Of a stretch of DNA of 64,000 nt, positions 19,727 to 29,608 are shown in pieces. The stretch covers positions 4,096,001 through 4,160,000 of the forward strand of contig OZ244653.1 in the NCBI GenBank assembly GCA_965218795.1. Reading direction: 5' to 3'. A program made the translations under genes and the position numbers. The stretch is from a bacterium. GTDB taxonomy: Bacteria > UBA8248 > JACPRG01 > G963555815. Below the pieces are notes generated by a model. It was not told the DNA's origin. It searched no databases and worked only from the letters and a program-made list of their open reading frames with translations. Numbering within the stretch: position 1 is the first letter of the stretch; each line of letters opens with the position of its first letter.

Positions 19727-20551
19727 TTACGCCTTCACGGTGTCGTACATCACACCGATACTGACCTTCTTCATGCGCTCGGCGTGCTCTTCAAACCATT
19801 TGGGGATTTCGTACGACAGGGGGTACCGGACGGCCTCCATCGTCTCCTCCCGGCTTTTTTCGTCCTTGAGGGCGTCGCGGACCTGATACCGGAGGTCGGA
19901 CAGGATGTCGCGGACGTTCAAGGCAAAGGTGGCGTCACAGACCGGCCCGTGGCCGGGGACCAGCACATGGGGGTGCATGTCCGAATAGATACGGTTGAGG
20001 GTATCGTGCCAGCGGTCCGGGACACCCTGGTGACACATCGGCGGCCATTGATTGACGACGTTGTCACCGGAGAACAGGACGTGGTCGCCCGGTAGCCAGA
20101 CCATGGTGTGATTGGGCGTGTGGCCGTCGGCGCTGAGCAGGTCGATCCGGCGGCCCCCCAAGACGAGGCTGAACCGGTCAGTGAAGGCCAGCGACGGCTT
20201 GCGGCTCTGGTAGCCGTCAAAATCCATGTCGTCGTCCTTCCCGACCATGGGCATGAACTCCTTGAAGTGCTCCGGATAGCGTCCGAACTCTTCCCGTATG
20301 GAGACGTGGCAGATGGTTTCCGCCTCGGAGAAGAAGCCGTGCCCGCCGATGTGATCGGGGTGAGCGTGGGTGCAGACGAAATATCTCAGATTTCCTTTCG
20401 ATCTGACGAATTCCCCCCACTCCTTGGCCTGAGAAGGAACGAACGGGGCGTCCACCAGGACAACGCCGTCTTCGGTGACGATGCATCCTACATTGGCGAG
20501 ATCATAGTCCGTTTCGGCGAACACTCCCGGAGCGACTTCTTCGATGGACAT
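19727..20551 (-). CDS. MBL-fold metallo-hydrolase (cyclase-like)
   Basis: THAHPDH, GHT, SGD, PGHG; start moved to the ATG at 20551. Confidence 0.9.
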   Translation of the reverse strand: MSIEEVAPGVFAETDYDLANVGCIVTEDGVVLVDAPFVPSQAKEWGEFVRSKGNLRYFVCTHAHPDHIGGHGFFSEAETICHVSIREEFGRYPEHFKEFMPMVGKDDDMDFDGYQSRKPSLAFTDRFSLVLGGRRIDLLSADGHTPNHTMVWLPGDHVLFSGDNVVNQWPPMCHQGVPDRWHDTLNRIYSDMHPHVLVPGHGPVCDATFALNVRDILSDLRYQVRDALKDEKSREETMEAVRYPLSYEIPKWFEEHAERMKKVSIGVMYDTVKA

Positions 20552-20655
20552 TCGGAAATCCTTTCCATGTCGCGTTTCGAGATCAATCTGTGCTGATTCG
20601 GAATGTCTTGATCCGTGTGCAAGGAGTCCGTGTGCGGGACGTTCCGCCCGCGGCG

Positions 20656-21576
20656 TCATCCGCCCTGCCGGGCGGCCTCCGCCGCGCTCTCGCCCTTATT
20701 GACCAGCTTGGGCCGCTTCTTCTTGGGCTTCTCCGGGGGCGGGGGCGGGTTCAGGACGTCGTACAGCCGGCCGATGCCCTTGGCCGCCAGGATCTGGTAG
20801 AAATCCGGGGCCTTCTTCGCAATGGGCTCCCATTGGAGGACGTATTCCTTCATGTCCTCCGCCTGCTCTTTGGTCTTCCCCTCGTCGATGGCCCCCTGGA
20901 CCATGGCGATGAACTCCTTGATGGAGTCGCGGAGGACCGGTATCACCGACTTGTCACTGATCTCCCCGTGGCCCGGACAGATGACATCGATGTTCATCTC
21001 TTCGATGAAATCCAGGGTCTCGATCCAGACGTCCGGCACGCCGTTGTGCAGCAGGGGCGGCCAGTTCTCGACCACGTTGTCACCGGGCAGCAAGGCCTTG
21101 ACGTCCGCCAGGTAAACCATCGCCTGGTTCTCCGTGTGACCGACCTTGTGAATCAGTTCGATTTCGCGCCCCCCGAAACTCAGAGTCATCCGGTCATTGA
21201 AGAGAATGTCCGGCTTGCGAAAATCGAATCCGTCCGCCTTGGCCGTCTCGACACCCTCCCCGTCGAGCGGCTGGATTCGATCGAGCCATGCCTCGGGCGA
21301 GCCGACGGTCTCCTCGAACCGCTCCAGCGTCCCCTCGTGGGCGATGACCGTGGCGTCCCGAAAGAACCAGTTGCCGATGATGTGGTCGGCGTGATGCTCG
21401 GTGTTCACCTGATAGCGGATCGGCCCGATTGTTTCCACTTGGGCGCGCCAGGCGAGGGCGTCCGAGGGGTTCTGCGGGTTGTCGACCAGGAGGACCCCAT
21501 CGTCGGTCTTCACGCAGGAAACGTTGCATCCGTAATATTTGATTTCGGAAAAGACGCCATCGGCGATCTCTTGCAT
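20656..21576 (-). CDS. MBL-fold metallo-hydrolase, paralog of the downstream gene
   Basis: TEHHADH, GHT, PGD, PGHG; aligns collinearly with 19727..20551. Confidence 0.9.
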   Translation of the reverse strand: MQEIADGVFSEIKYYGCNVSCVKTDDGVLLVDNPQNPSDALAWRAQVETIGPIRYQVNTEHHADHIIGNWFFRDATVIAHEGTLERFEETVGSPEAWLDRIQPLDGEGVETAKADGFDFRKPDILFNDRMTLSFGGREIELIHKVGHTENQAMVYLADVKALLPGDNVVENWPPLLHNGVPDVWIETLDFIEEMNIDVICPGHGEISDKSVIPVLRDSIKEFIAMVQGAIDEGKTKEQAEDMKEYVLQWEPIAKKAPDFYQILAAKGIGRLYDVLNPPPPPEKPKKKRPKLVNKGESAAEAARQGG

Positions 21577-21615
21577 GGTGTTTTCCCTTCCCATGCCGTT
21601 TGGCAAAAGCGGCTT

Positions 21616-22018
21616 TCAGCCCGCCGCCGGACTCCGCAGCATCCGTCTCAACGATTCCTCGGTCTCGGTCATCGGTCCTGGCCGCGCCTGATCGAATTTG
21701 GATTTCAGGTTCGGGTAACCTGCCCGTTGCTCTTCGACCAATGACCGAGCGAGAGACCCGTCCCGGATTTCCCCGTCGGGGATCAGAAAGAGGACCCGAG
21801 CGCCCGCGGCGGCCTCGCCAATGGAAGAGACGGGAAGCCGTCCCCCTCCGCCGTTGCCCGGTATTCGTCCTCCCGGTTTCCGACGATGACCGAACAGCCG
21901 GAATCCCTCAGGTTCTTGGCCTGTGCGCGCCCCTGAATCCCGTAACCCACAACGGCGGCGGTTTCATCCGAGAGATGTCCGCAAGGTCCGCGTCCTCGTC
22001 GTACAACACGCGCGTCAT
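21616..22018 (-). pseudogene. ilvC: Ketol-acid reductoisomerase pseudogene (two frameshifts and a large internal deletion)
   Basis: MTRVLYDEDADL / VVGYGIQGRAQAKNLRDSG / VLFLIPD joined directly to the C-terminal EIRDGSLARSLVEEQRAGYPNL...LRRML. Confidence 0.85.
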
Positions 22019-22130
22019 GACGCAAATCGACTCCTCTCAACATCCAGGAACCCACGGATTTTCTCACACGAGAGATTACATGGAAAGGGGAGCCCGGTCG
22101 TGCCGGCAACGGCGAACCCCCCGCCGCCGG

Positions 22131-22724
22131 TCATGCGGGAAAAGGGATGCGCTCCAGGAAAACAAGGTCCGGAACGGGCGGTTCTTCGTTCTCCAGGAGG
22201 ACCGAGGCGCAGAGGACCACGCGGCCGCCCGCCTTTTCCACGAGCTCGCGGGCTGCAATGAGAGTGCCTCCCGTGGAGACCACGTCGTCCACGAGAAGGA
22301 CGTTTTTCCCGCGCACCCGATTGACGTCCAAACCGTCCAGGACGAGTGTCTGCTCCCCGGCCGTGGTAATGCTGGCGAAGCTCACGGTGAGCGGGTCCCG
22401 CATGTAGTTCTTGATCCCCTTGCGCATGACGACGTACCGTTTCTGCCCGAACCGGTTCGCCACCGCCTGGAGCAAAGCGATGCTCTTGGCTTCGGACCCC
22501 GCGATGACGTCGAACTGGAGACCTCGGCGGATCAGGTTCTCCCGTACCCGGTTGTGAAGAAGCTCGGCGCAGACCTCGTTGAGCTCCGTGTCCCCGAGCA
22601 TGACGAAGGACGCGATGCGCGCATCCGTGCCGGGCAGCGTGATGAGGGGCAGGTCGCGGTCGATCTTTCCGTCGATATTCAGGTGGTAGGTTTCTTGGCT
22701 GTCTGCGTCTCTTTGCATCTTCAT
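22131..22724 (-). CDS. Type I phosphoribosyltransferase (APRT-like)
   Basis: PRPP-binding motif VLLVDDVVSTGGT; EAKSI; RK. Confidence 0.88.
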   Translation of the reverse strand: MKMQRDADSQETYHLNIDGKIDRDLPLITLPGTDARIASFVMLGDTELNEVCAELLHNRVRENLIRRGLQFDVIAGSEAKSIALLQAVANRFGQKRYVVMRKGIKNYMRDPLTVSFASITTAGEQTLVLDGLDVNRVRGKNVLLVDDVVSTGGTLIAARELVEKAGGRVVLCASVLLENEEPPVPDLVFLERIPFPA

Positions 22725-22968
22725 TGATCCAGCTCGTTATTCGTTCCCTTGGGCCTTTGGAAAATTTCTGTTCTCTTTATGGGAAGGATGAAGAAATTTC
22801 GACAGATGATACATCAGGCAATGATTGCAAAAATGCGAGCAGGAAGAAAGATTTCGTAGTACAATTCTTATGGCTCCTTTGAGTTCGGATGCGTCCAGGC
22901 GGCGATTTTGAAGGGATGCGCCGCGGGGATTCTTGCGGCCCAGACGAGAAAGCCCGTAGGAGAATGGC

Positions 22969-24924
22969 ATGGACCCGACAGCAATCGACACCGTATTGAC
23001 CGAAGATCGGGCCTTCGATCCGCCCAAAGACTTCTCTGAGAACGCCCACGTGCAGTCGATGGAGGAGTACAAGAAGCTCTACGAAGAAGCCGTCAACTCT
23101 CCGGAGACTTTCTGGGCCCGATACGCCGAAGAGTTTCACTGGTTCAAGAAGTGGGACAAGGTGCTTGAGTGGGACCTCCCTTTCGCGAAATGGTTCGTGG
23201 GAGGCCAGACCAACCTCTCCTATAATTGTCTTGACCGTCACCTCGAGACCCACCGGAAGGACAAGGTGGCCATTCAGTGGGAAGGCGAGCCCGGCGACAG
23301 CCGCGCGCTCACCTACGCCGAGCTCCACAAGGAGGTCTGCAAGTTCGCCAATGCCCTCAAGGGGCTCGGGATCGAAAAAGGCGATCGGGTCTGCATCTAC
23401 ATGCCGCAAACGCCCGAATCGGCGGTCGCCATGCTGGCCTGCGCGCGGATCGGCGCGCCCCACACCGTGGTCTTCGCGGGCTTCAGCGCGCCTTCACTGC
23501 GAGACCGGATCAATGACGCCGAGGCCAAGGCCGTCCTGACGGCGGATGCCGGATGGCGCCGGGGCAAGGAAGTCCCGCTCAAGGTGAATACAGACGAGGC
23601 GGTCGCGGACTGCCCGAGTATCGAGCACATTGTCGTGCTCAAGCGGGTCGGAAACGACATCAACTTCCAGGAAGGGCGCGACCACTGGTGGCACGACCTG
23701 ATGGAAAACGCCTCGGAGGACTGCCCCGCCGAGCCCCTGGACGCCGAGCACCCCCTCTATATCCTCTACACCAGCGGCACCACGGGGAAGCCCAAAGGGA
23801 TCCTTCACACCACGGGCGGTTACATGGTCGGCACCTACCTTACGTGCAAATGGGTCTTCGACCTCAAGGACGACGACATCTACTGGTGCACGGCGGATAT
23901 CGGGTGGGTCACCGGCCACAGCTACATCGTCTACGGCCCCCTGGCCAACGGCGCGACCAGCGTCATGTACGAGGGTGCGCCCAATCACCCGGACCCGGGC
24001 CGCTTTTGGTCCATCGTCGAGAAGTTCAAGGTCAATACCTTCTACACGGCGCCCACGGCGATCCGCGCATTCATCAAGTGGGGCGACGAGTGGCCGAAAA
24101 AGCATGACCTCTCCAGCCTGCGACTGCTCGGCACCGTGGGCGAGCCCATCAATCCCGAGGTCTGGATCTGGTACCGTGAAACCATCGGGAACAACCGGTG
24201 TCCCATCGTGGACACCTGGTGGCAGACGGAGACGGGCATGATTTTGATCACCCCCCTCCCCGGGGCCATCACCACCAAGCCGGGCTCGGCGACGCTGCCC
24301 TTCCCGGGGGTCGTTCCGGACATCATGACGAAGGACGGGCAGTCGGTCGGGCCGGAAGGAGGCGGGTTCCTGGTCCTCAAGCGGCCGTGGCCGGCCATGC
24401 TCCGCACCATTTACGGGGATGCCGAGCGCTACAAGCAGCAGTACTGGTCGGACATTGAAGGGGTTTATTTCACCGGGGACGGCGCCCGTCGGGATCAGGA
24501 CGGCTACTTCTGGATCATGGGCCGCGTGGACGACGTCATCAACATTTCCGGCCACCGGCTGGGAACCATGGAAGTGGAGAGCGCCATAGTCTCCCATCCC
24601 GACGTGGCGGAGGCGGCTGTGGTGGGTATCCCTCACGAGCTCAAGGGGCAGGGAATCGCCTGCTTCGTCACCCTGGCCGGAGGCGTGGAACACTCCGACG
24701 ATATCGAGGGTGTCCTTCGGGAGCACGTGGTCAAGGAGATCGGCGCCATCGCGCGGCCGGACATGATCCGGTTGACCGATGCTTTGCCCAAGACCCGGAG
24801 CGGCAAGATCATGCGGCGTCTGCTGCGGGACATCGCCTCCGGTAAGCCCGAGCTTGGGGATACGACGACCCTGGAGGACGTCTCCGTCCTCCAGTCTATT
24901 CAGCAGTACGAGAACGAAGGCTAG
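22969..24924 (+). CDS. acs: Acetyl-CoA synthetase
   Basis: [39 protein letters not shown]. Confidence 0.97.
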   Translation: MDPTAIDTVLTEDRAFDPPKDFSENAHVQSMEEYKKLYEEAVNSPETFWARYAEEFHWFKKWDKVLEWDLPFAKWFVGGQTNLSYNCLDRHLETHRKDKVAIQWEGEPGDSRALTYAELHKEVCKFANALKGLGIEKGDRVCIYMPQTPESAVAMLACARIGAPHTVVFAGFSAPSLRDRINDAEAKAVLTADAGWRRGKEVPLKVNTDEAVADCPSIEHIVVLKRVGNDINFQEGRDHWWHDLMENASEDCPAEPLDAEHPLYILYTSGTTGKPKGILHTTGGYMVGTYLTCKWVFDLKDDDIYWCTADIGWVTGHSYIVYGPLANGATSVMYEGAPNHPDPGRFWSIVEKFKVNTFYTAPTAIRAFIKWGDEWPKKHDLSSLRLLGTVGEPINPEVWIWYRETIGNNRCPIVDTWWQTETGMILITPLPGAITTKPGSATLPFPGVVPDIMTKDGQSVGPEGGGFLVLKRPWPAMLRTIYGDAERYKQQYWSDIEGVYFTGDGARRDQDGYFWIMGRVDDVINISGHRLGTMEVESAIVSHPDVAEAAVVGIPHELKGQGIACFVTLAGGVEHSDDIEGVLREHVVKEIGAIARPDMIRLTDALPKTRSGKIMRRLLRDIASGKPELGDTTTLEDVSVLQSIQQYENEG

Positions 24925-24942
24925 GGGAGATCCGGGGAGTCC

Positions 24943-25326
24943 TTACGCCCGCTCCAGGAGGATAGACGTTCCGTCCGGAACCCGGGTGAAGCGGATGGCG
25001 TCGCCCTTGATGGTTCCGACGGGATTGACGGGGCTTGCGGCGCGTGGCTCGGACCCCGAGCTCGCGGGCGTCGGGCCGAAAAAGATGCAGAAAGCGGCGC
25101 CGGGCGGCCAGTAGGCCACTTCGCCGACAGCCATCGCCTCGCGGGCGGAATCCTCCGCCGGGCATTGGACGGGGATGGAAAAATAGATCTCCTCGCCCCA
25201 GCGGCTGACCTTGGCCTGGATGGGCAGGGCATCCCAGATCTCATCGGCGGTCGGACCGTCGTTGAGGACGGCCCGGTCCTCCACGTCTCCGGCCTGGATC
25301 CGGATGCGGCGATTGGAATCGGTCAT
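24943..25326 (-). CDS. Cyclophilin-like fold protein (DUF369-like)
   Basis: WGEEIYF, GEVAYWPPG.AFCIFFGPTP.S, VN.VG. Confidence 0.8.
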   Translation of the reverse strand: MTDSNRRIRIQAGDVEDRAVLNDGPTADEIWDALPIQAKVSRWGEEIYFSIPVQCPAEDSAREAMAVGEVAYWPPGAAFCIFFGPTPASSGSEPRAASPVNPVGTIKGDAIRFTRVPDGTSILLERA

Positions 25327-25383
25327 GGTCGGCGTCCTCCTGACTCTGAAGGGGGAGCAACGGGACGGCGGCGGGGATGACGG

Positions 25384-25411
25384 TTGACAATGCGGACGCG
25401 CCCGCTAACAT
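25384..25411 (+). promoter_or_regulatory. Putative sigma70 promoter of the ispB-maf cluster
   Basis: TTGACA-N16-TAACAT about 50 bp upstream of the ATG. Confidence 0.45.
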
Positions 25412-25461
25412 GAATCCCGTTCGAAAGCGGCTTCGCGAAGAAAAGGGCAATCACTGAACGT

Positions 25462-26481
25462 ATGCCATCTCCATCTTACATCCCGAAGTCACCGGTTTCC
25501 TATACGGAAGTCTTGGAGAATCTTCTGCCCGATCTGGAGGCGGTGGAGGAGGCCCTGACGACCCACCTCAATTCGGACGTTCCCCTCATTCCGTCCATCG
25601 GCCATTACCTGGCCCGCGGGGGCGGGAAGCGCATTCGCCCCTCCCTGGTTCTGCTCTCCTCGAAGCTGTGCGGCTACGACGGGGAGCGGTCCATCACGCA
25701 CTCCTGTCTGGTCGAATTCATTCATACCGCCACACTGCTCCACGATGACGTGGTCGACGCCTCGGAGATGCGCCGCGGGTCTCCCTCCGCCAATGCGAAA
25801 TGGGGGAACGAGGCCAGCGTGCTTGTGGGAGACTACCTCTTCGCCAAGTCCCTGTGGCTGATGGCCACCGACAACGACCCCAGCATCATCCGCGTGGTCT
25901 CCGACGCCACAGTCTATCTCTCGGAGGGAGAGGTCCTCCAGCTTCTCAACGAGTATAATCTCGCTTCCACCGAGGAGAGCTATCTGGAAGTCATCTACCG
26001 CAAGACGGCGGCCCTGATTGCCACCTGCTGCCGCATCGGAGCCATCCTGGGCAATATGCCCCAGGACGTCGAGGAACGGCTGGGCGAATTCGGCACGAAC
26101 CTCGGCTACGCTTTCCAGTTGGTGGACGACGCCCTCGACTACATGGCGAGGGCCGATCACATCGGAAAACCCATCGGCCAGGACCTTTCGGATGGAAATG
26201 TCACCCTTCCCCTGATCCATCTGTACCGCTCGGCGGAGGAGGAAGAAAGGCAACTCATCCGACAGGTCTTTTTCGGGTCGAACGGAACACCGGACGGAAA
26301 GCTCGACAACATCCTCACTCTCATGAAAAAGCACGGGGCCATTGAATACACCATCCTCCGCGCCCGCGAATACGTCGAACGCGCGCAGGCCATTCTCCAG
26401 GACCTGCCGGAAATCCTCGATCCGTTTTACCGGAATGCCCTGTACGCCTTCGCCGATTACATTGTGGAGCGGGATCAGTAG
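25462..26481 (+). CDS. ispB: Polyprenyl diphosphate synthase (IspB-like)
   Basis: GGKRIRP, HDDVVD...RRG, KTA, FQLVDDALD, GK..GQD. Confidence 0.9.
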   Translation: MPSPSYIPKSPVSYTEVLENLLPDLEAVEEALTTHLNSDVPLIPSIGHYLARGGGKRIRPSLVLLSSKLCGYDGERSITHSCLVEFIHTATLLHDDVVDASEMRRGSPSANAKWGNEASVLVGDYLFAKSLWLMATDNDPSIIRVVSDATVYLSEGEVLQLLNEYNLASTEESYLEVIYRKTAALIATCCRIGAILGNMPQDVEERLGEFGTNLGYAFQLVDDALDYMARADHIGKPIGQDLSDGNVTLPLIHLYRSAEEEERQLIRQVFFGSNGTPDGKLDNILTLMKKHGAIEYTILRAREYVERAQAILQDLPEILDPFYRNALYAFADYIVERDQ

Positions 26482-26549
26482 CGGACGCTCTCGCCGTTTC
26501 CGCCGGACCAGGCACAAGCGAAAAATACGATTTCCGCCGGGAGGATCCC

Positions 26550-26813
26550 ATGACCGGTCAGTCAGTCGGTTCGCTGATACTTTTCATGGTCGTCGGCGGT
26601 TTGGTCGGCACTGTACTGGGCGAAATTCTCGGCCAGCTGTTCGGCGGCGGCTTCATTCGAACGCTGCTGACGGGCGGCGTCCCCTTCGGTCTGAAACCTC
26701 CCGTGACGATTGACCTTCGCGTATTGACCCTGTCCTTCGGGTTCGTCTTCAAGATTACCCTGCTGGGCGTCGTGGGTCTCGTACTGGGCGTGTATCTCTA
26801 TCGAAAGCACTGA
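26550..26813 (+). CDS. Small membrane protein (DUF4321-like)
   Basis: Two hydrophobic segments and P.TIDL..LTLSFG; lies directly before maf. Confidence 0.7.
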   Translation: MTGQSVGSLILFMVVGGLVGTVLGEILGQLFGGGFIRTLLTGGVPFGLKPPVTIDLRVLTLSFGFVFKITLLGVVGLVLGVYLYRKH

Positions 26814-26818
26814 GCCGC

Positions 26819-27409
26819 ATGACGTCGCCTCCGCTGGTCCTGGCCTCGGCCTCGCCCCGGCGAAAAAAACTGCTCGAACAAATCGGCCTGACCTTCGAGG
26901 TGCTCCCCTCGGACGTCGACGAGTTCTTCCACGGCGGACCGCCGGAGGCGTTCGCCCGGGAAGCCTCGGCCCGAAAAGCGGAAGCCGCTTCACGCCGGAG
27001 ACCCGGCGCGGCGGTAGTGGCGGCCGATACCATCGTGGTGCTTCGGGATGGGGATTCGGGAACGGATCGGGTGCTCGGCAAGCCGGAGGGGCCGGACGAG
27101 GCGAGGCGGATGCTGACCGAACTGAGCGGCCGGGAGCACCTTGTCATCAGCGGGGTCACAGTCCAGTGGGGAGATCGGGCGCGGACAGCGTCCCAAGAGA
27201 CGCGGGTCTGGTTCCGCGTCTTGTCCCCGGATGAGATCGACCGGTACGTCGCCACCGGGGAGCCACTCGACAAGGCCGGAGGCTACGGCATTCAAGGCCG
27301 GGGCATTCTGCTGGTCGACCGGCTGGAAGGTTGCTACACTAATGTGGTGGGTCTTCCCCTCAGTCTCTTGAGAAAGCTGTTTCACCACCTGAATTTGAAT
27401 TGGCTCTAG
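26819..27409 (+). CDS. maf: Maf nucleoside triphosphate pyrophosphatase
   Basis: LASASPRR, AADTIV, LGKP, DKAGGYGIQG, NVVGLP. Confidence 0.95.
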   Translation: MTSPPLVLASASPRRKKLLEQIGLTFEVLPSDVDEFFHGGPPEAFAREASARKAEAASRRRPGAAVVAADTIVVLRDGDSGTDRVLGKPEGPDEARRMLTELSGREHLVISGVTVQWGDRARTASQETRVWFRVLSPDEIDRYVATGEPLDKAGGYGIQGRGILLVDRLEGCYTNVVGLPLSLLRKLFHHLNLNWL

Positions 27410-27451
27410 GCCCGGGGCCGTTCCCCCGGGCTCAGGCAAGGAAGCGGAAGA

Positions 27452-28618
27452 ATGCGCGCCTCCGATACGGCTCTCCTGATCGTGGACATGCAAAACGATC
27501 TCGCCTCGGAAGGCGGCGTGCGGTTTCACGATCGGGCCCTCTCGGTCATCGATCCAATCGTCTGCCTTCGCGAACGGGCCCGTGAGCGGGGCTGGCCCGT
27601 TCTGTACACCCGCCGGGTTCATGAGCGCTCGGTCTTCGAAAACGGCGGGAAAGAGACGCCTTGGTGCGTCCGGGGCACGCCGGGGGTGTCGTTCATTGAT
27701 GAATTGAAGCCGGATCCCAGCGAGCTCGTGATCCGAAAGCGGACGTGGGACGGATTTTTCGACACGGAACTGGATTCGGTGCTCCGTGCCTGGGGCGTCC
27801 GGCGTTTGGTCCTCTCGGGCGTCTTCGCCAACGAGGGCGTTCTCGTCACGGCCGGCGAAGCGGCCTTGCGCTGGTACGACATCGTCTTGCCCGTCGACGC
27901 CGTGGCCGGAAGAACGGAATTCGACGATCAGGCGACGCTTCGTGAGATTTCATTTCTCTACCTGGGTGCGCTCACGACGACCGAAGCCTTCCTGGCCAAC
28001 CGGCCGGCGGATGTGGAGCCGAACCTCAAGGTGACGCCTCCGGAGCAGGAGCGGAAAGGCTCACTGAAATTGCCGGCGGCTGAGACGGCCGTGATCGTAG
28101 TGGACATGCAGAATGATTTCGCCCAAGAAGGCGGGTCGCTTTTCGTTCAGGACGCCCTGCACACCGTCGATCCCATTCGGGCGCTTCTTGCGAAATCGAG
28201 GGAGGAAGGCGTCTTGAACGTCTTCACCCAGGACTGGCACCGACCGGACGACGCCGAGTTCAAAATCTGGCCGGTCCACGCGGTAGCCGGCACGCCGGGC
28301 GCGGAGGTGATCGATCCCCTGGAAGTTCGAGAGGATGACGTCTGCATTCGCAAACTGCGCTATGACGGATTTTTCGGCACTTCGCTCGATCAAATCCTGC
28401 GCCTCCGGGGAATCCGGAACGTGGTGGTGGCGGGGACCGTCACGAACATCTGTGTCCTCCATACGGCCGGTAAGGCATCGCTGCACGGCTACCGGGTGTC
28501 CGTGGCGGAGGACGGCGCCTCGTCCCTGGATCCCTTCGACCAGGCGCTGGGACTGCGTCAGGTCACCGAGGTGTTCTCAGGCGAAGTGTGCGGCACCGAA
28601 GGCATCACGTTTTCCTGA
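27452..28618 (+). CDS. Tandem two-domain isochorismatase/cysteine hydrolase
   Basis: Two VDMQND domains; the second has D-x-H, WP.H, K.RYD and TNICV. Confidence 0.88.
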   Translation: MRASDTALLIVDMQNDLASEGGVRFHDRALSVIDPIVCLRERARERGWPVLYTRRVHERSVFENGGKETPWCVRGTPGVSFIDELKPDPSELVIRKRTWDGFFDTELDSVLRAWGVRRLVLSGVFANEGVLVTAGEAALRWYDIVLPVDAVAGRTEFDDQATLREISFLYLGALTTTEAFLANRPADVEPNLKVTPPEQERKGSLKLPAAETAVIVVDMQNDFAQEGGSLFVQDALHTVDPIRALLAKSREEGVLNVFTQDWHRPDDAEFKIWPVHAVAGTPGAEVIDPLEVREDDVCIRKLRYDGFFGTSLDQILRLRGIRNVVVAGTVTNICVLHTAGKASLHGYRVSVAEDGASSLDPFDQALGLRQVTEVFSGEVCGTEGITFS

Positions 28619-28753
28619 GAGGCTGATTTTCCGTTGTTGGGCGCGGATTCAGAGATTACAATGAAAGGGATCCTCTCGCGTCCAGAAGAGGTTACCCGCG
28701 GAAGGTCGATTTTCGCGGTGTGGATTCGTGGGCGCACAACCAAGGGGTAAGCG

Positions 28754-29461
28754 ATGGAATTCGAGAGCGCAAAGAAAGAAGGACGTTTTCGCATCGGCCT
28801 GATCGTTCCGTCTTCGAACACGACGATGGAGGTCGATTTTTACAATCATCTCGAGCCGAAGGCGACCGTACACATCGCCCGCATGTATCTGGACACGACG
28901 ACGAAGGAAGCCGAAGAGATTATGGTGCGGGAATCCACCCCGCAGGCGGCCGACATGATCCGCACGCTCTATCCCCACGTGACGGTGTTCGGGTGCACCT
29001 CCGGGGGCTCGCTCTTTGGAATGGATTACGACCGGAAGATTGCGGACGACCTCAGCGAATGGACGGGCGCGGCGAAGACCGTGACGGTCCTGGGTGCCGT
29101 CGGCGAACAGCTCGCCCAGGTCGGGGCCAAGCGGATCGCCGTATTCACCCCATACATCGATGAACTCAATGAGACCATCAAAAACTGCCTGGAGGAAGAC
29201 GGCATCGAAGTGCTTTCCATCCAGGGGATGGGGATCACGGTCAATTACGACATCGGGGTCGTCACGCCCGAAGAGATCATGGCCTTCGCCAAGGAGCGGT
29301 ATCGGGACCCGGACGCCGACGCCCTGTTCTTCTCCTGCACCAACATGAGGGCCATGGCTGCCGTGCCGATATTGGAGAAGGAATTCGGCAAGCCCATCGT
29401 CACGAGCAATCAGGCCGCCGTGGAAGCGGTCAACCGAATTTATCGTGCGACCATGAACTAG
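28754..29461 (+). CDS. Maleate cis-trans isomerase/Asp-Glu racemase family protein
   Basis: GLIVPSSNTTME, GCTSG, TPY, SCTNM, SNQA. Confidence 0.88.
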   Translation: MEFESAKKEGRFRIGLIVPSSNTTMEVDFYNHLEPKATVHIARMYLDTTTKEAEEIMVRESTPQAADMIRTLYPHVTVFGCTSGGSLFGMDYDRKIADDLSEWTGAAKTVTVLGAVGEQLAQVGAKRIAVFTPYIDELNETIKNCLEEDGIEVLSIQGMGITVNYDIGVVTPEEIMAFAKERYRDPDADALFFSCTNMRAMAAVPILEKEFGKPIVTSNQAAVEAVNRIYRATMN

Positions 29462-29608
29462 AACGGCTCGGCCCCTTGGCGCCTTTCCGGGCGCGGAAGG
29501 GGCCATTCGTTTATCTGCGGGCGGAGACCGCAACGGGATTCAGGCGTTTGCGCCCATCACGCCGGATCACGCGTGGACCGGATGACCGAAAAGGAAGGAA
29601 CGGCAAAC

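Noticed and set aside
17637-19886. Long antisense ORFs (749 aa here; also 1110..2714, 14582..16048, 36731..38665, 48310..50061, 55674..57212)
   Set aside because: Stop-poor shadow frames of well-supported high-GC genes; no motifs
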